Assembly: GCA_950097015.1 (NCBI GenBank)
Contig: CATNEN010000038.1
Span: 35,092,001 to 35,156,000 of the forward strand
Origin: Macrostomum hystrix
Lineage: Eukaryota > Animalia > Platyhelminthes
Direction of reading: 5' to 3'
Length of the DNA: 64,000 bases
In this document: piece by piece, positions 60,985-64,000 of the stretch
How the letters are laid out: each line of letters begins with the position of its first letter
How positions within the stretch are numbered: the stretch's first letter is position 1
Program-made: the position numbers and the translations under genes
Notes under the pieces: model-generated
The model's database searches: none
The model's input: only the letters and a program-made list of their open reading frames with translations
Told to the model about the DNA's origin: nothing

Positions 60985-61895
60985 TGAGGCGAGAGATGAG
61001 AGGCGAGAGAGGGGAGATGGGAGGCAAAAGATGAGAGGCGAGAGATGAGAGGGGAGAGATGAGAGGGGAGAGATGAGAGGGGAGAGATGAGAGGGGAGAG
61101 ATGAGAGGGGAGAGAGGGGAGGCGAGAGATGAGAGGCGAGAGATGAGAGGCGAGAGATGAAAGAGGGGAGATGAGAGGCGAGAGATGAGAGGGGAGATGA
61201 GAGGGGAGAGATGAGAGGGGAGAGATGAGAGGGGAGAGAGGGGAGGCGAGAGATGAGAGGCGAGAGATGAGAGGCGAGAGATGAAAGAGGGGAGATGAGA
61301 GGCGAGAGATGAGAGGGGAGATGAGAGGGGAGAGATGAGAGGGGAGAGATGAGAGGGAAGAGAGGGGCGATGGGAGGCGAGAGATGAGAGGCGAGAGATG
61401 AGAGGCGAGAGATGAGAGGGGAGAGATGAGAGGGGAGAGATGAGAGGGGAGAGATGAGAGGCGAGAGATGAGAGGGGAGAGATGAGAGGGGAGAGAGGGG
61501 AGGCGAGAGATGAGAGGCGAGAGATGAGAGGCGAGAGATGAAAGAGGGGAGATGAGAGGCGAGAGATGAGAGGCGAGAGATGAAAGAGGGGAGATGAGAG
61601 GCGAGAGATGAGAGGGGAGAGATGAGAGGGGAGAGATGGGAGGGGAGAGATGAGAGGGGAGAGATGAGAGGGGAGAGATGAGAGGCGAGAGATGAGAGGG
61701 GAGAGATGAGAGGGGAGAGATGAGAGGGAAGAGAGGGGCGATGGGAGGCGAGAGATGAGAGGCGAGAGATGAGAGGGGAGAGAGGGGAGATGCGACATGG
61801 GAGAGATGAGAGGCGAGAGATGAAAGAGGGGAGATGGGATAGGGGAGAGGCGAGATTGGATAGATGGGAGATGAGGAGAGCTGGGAGATGTAGAA
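60985..61895. repeat. Purine-rich ~15-bp repeat
   Basis: Unit gagagatgagaggSg. Confidence 0.92.
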
Positions 61896-62399
61896 GGGAG
61901 AAATACTTTTTTCATCTAACTCCGAAAAAGCATGTAAACTACGCCATAGAGTGTAGCTGCAAATTCTCTGACTAGTAATAAGAATGTAATGCAGAAACAA
62001 AGTTTGGCAGTGAACGAAAATAAAAATTCTAAATTGATGAAGGCTTGCCAAGATTATCAAATATTCAACCATTAGACAAGATGGGACCAATTTTTTATTT
62101 AAGAGAATTATCTACCTGTCTGCAGCAGTCGTGTTGCTGGCCAGTCGAAACTCAAATTGAGCAAGGCTGCTGCTGCTTGTAGTCTTCTGAAGCTGACCAA
62201 TCAGAGGACGCCATCCGCCCAGGCCAGTTCAAACCACCTCCACGGGGACATCCTGTTGGGGATTATTAATTTGGTAGATTTTGTTTCTGACTCCGTGAAA
62301 AAAAGGTTCGCGAGATAAATCAAAGAAAAAAACACTTGCGAACTTTGATACATCGCAGAGTCTTAGAAACTTCAAATTCGAAGTTAACTCAAAGCATCC

Positions 62400-62425
62400 A
62401 TGACGCTGCAGTTGATGCAACTACT
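62400..62425 (+). CDS. Putative first coding micro-exon of the neuropeptide GPCR
   Basis: ATG ACG CTG CAG TTG ATG CAA CTA CT|gtgagt; phase 2 fits the acceptor at 62799. Confidence 0.45.
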
Positions 62426-62494
62426 GTGAGTACATGCCGACACCTGCTGTTTGAAGCTCTTTTAGAGACTTATTGATCGGCTTAAATAGCGGAC

Positions 62495-62700
62495 TAAGTC
62501 AAGGGGGGGCGGATGAAGTCTAGGGGGGCGGATGAAGTCAAGGGGGGCGGATGAAGTCAAGGGGGGCGGATGAAGTCTAGGGGGGCGGATGAAGTCGAGG
62601 GGGCGGAGAAAGTCAAGAGGGCGGATGAAGTCGAGGGGCTGAGAAAGTCGAGAGGGGCGAAGGAATTCAAGGGGTGCGGATCAAGGGGCGGATGAGTTCG
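62495..62700. repeat. G-run tandem repeat (G-quadruplex potential)
   Basis: aagtcaaggggggcggatg units. Confidence 0.85.
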
Positions 62701-62799
62701 TGGGAGCGGATAGATAGTGTACAATCGCCCCAAATAAATGCGGCCTAACCGCGGATTCGAGCTCAGGGACTCCACCCCGACCCCCTCCGCTTGGCCCAG

Positions 62800-63490
62800 G
62801 TCTCCGTCGGACTGGCTGTGCTGCCAATGGTCGCTGGTGGCCTTCCATAACACCAGCCGGGTGCTGGGACCCGACGCGAAGCGCTCGGTGAGCCAGGACG
62901 AGTTCGTGCAACACGTTGCTGAACAGGCGGCGCTGCACCACCAGCCAACGCCGTGCAGCTCGGGCCGCAATGGCAGCCTTCAGCTGAGTCTTGTCGGGCA
63001 TTGCTACGCTTCCTGGGAGGCCATCATGCCGGCTAGTCGCCAATTCCACCCGGAGACAATCATCGCCGCCATCGGCCTGACTCTCATCGCACTCGGTATC
63101 CTTGCCAACGCGCTAGTAGGCTCCACCATCTGCCTGTCCGGCAGTTTGCGCACCAAGAAGAACGCCTTCATGCTAAACCTGGCCTTAGCCGACATCCTGG
63201 TGCTGACCGTGTGCGCGCCCTACACCATCAAGTTGATCATGTTCAGCGACTGGCACTGGAACGCATTGATGTGCAAACTAGTTCCATTTGTACAGGGCTG
63301 CCTGATGTCTGTCAGCATCTGGTCCCAGGCCTCGGTGGCGTTCTATCGCTACGCTGTGGTCTGCCATCCGATCAGAGCCAGGGCGATCATTACGGCCAGA
63401 CGAACGGCCGCTTGGATCTGCGGAGTCTGGCTGCTGTCCTTGGCATTGTGCTCGCCAAATATTGCCTCGCACAATTACAATAGTCACCAG
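62800..63490 (+). CDS. Neuropeptide-type class A GPCR (NPY/NPF/RFamide-receptor-like), TM1-TM4 exon; gene continues beyond the window
   Basis: GILANALV, RTKKNAFMLNLALADIL, WHWNALMCKLVPFVQ, YRYAVVCHP, VWLLSLALCSP; CAG|gtgagc donor at 63490. Confidence 0.88.
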
Positions 63491-63629
63491 GTGAGCGGTC
63501 GTGTGTTTTTCTGCACTGATGCTAAACACAGTTGCTAAACAACACGTTAAAACTTTTAAGCCAGGTTAGAACGACTGTTCTCGCTCTCGATAACAACTAA
63601 CGTCCATCAGAAGTCTCACCCTCGACTCC

Positions 63630-64000
63630 AGTACTGACGTTGACTTCAGTACATTCTTCTGTGGACTGACGTCGACGTCAGTACATTCTTCTGTGGACTG
63701 ACGTCGACGTCAGTACATTCTTCTGTGGACTGACGTCGACGTCAGTACATTCTTCTGTGGAGTGACGTTGACTTCAGTACATTCTTCTGTGGACTGACGT
63801 CGACGTCAGTACATTCTTCTGTGGAGTGACGTTGACTTCAGTACATTCTTCTGTGGACTGACGTCGACGTCAGTACATTCTTCTGTGGACTGACGTCGAC
63901 TTCAGTACATTCTTCTGTGGAGTGACGTTGACTTCAGTACATTCTTCTGTGGAGTGACGTTGACTTCAGTACATTCTTCTGTGGAGTGACGTTGACTTCA
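63630..64000. repeat. 32-bp minisatellite with an 18-bp palindrome
   Basis: Unit gacgtcagtacattcttctgtggactgacgtc. Confidence 0.93.

Noticed and set aside
60872-62090. Ser/Pro/Leu-rich ORFs
   Set aside because: Translations of the purine-rich repeat

Overview
AT-rich, intron-containing animal genomic DNA. The minisatellite-filled introns and gene style suggest a flatworm such as Macrostomum (inference, not proven). Left half, all on the + strand: the last exon of DNA topoisomerase II, a single-exon BET1-like SNARE, a 5-exon UTP18 and a 4-exon F-box protein gene with no in-frame ATG in its first detected exon. Between and inside these genes lie TA-flanked MITEs (one carrying a TGT..ACA insert), piggyBac and Crypton remnants, an EnSpm-like MITE, a structured SINE-like family, and two nested Gypsy LTR elements inserted in an intronic 25-bp satellite. 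Middle: three satellites across ~16 kb (34, 30 and 36 bp units), two with higher-order duplications; one produces a probably non-coding 3,526-aa ORF. Right half: an intronless divergent GPCR (-), long purine/pyrimidine tracts, a 4-exon polyQ orphan gene and the 5' part of a neuropeptide GPCR. The best leads are a possible spliced-leader trans-spliced operon in which the leader AUG supplies the F-box start codon, a recurrent 17-21 nt motif 30-50 nt upstream of three 3' splice sites, and a SINE-like family with a long fold-back.
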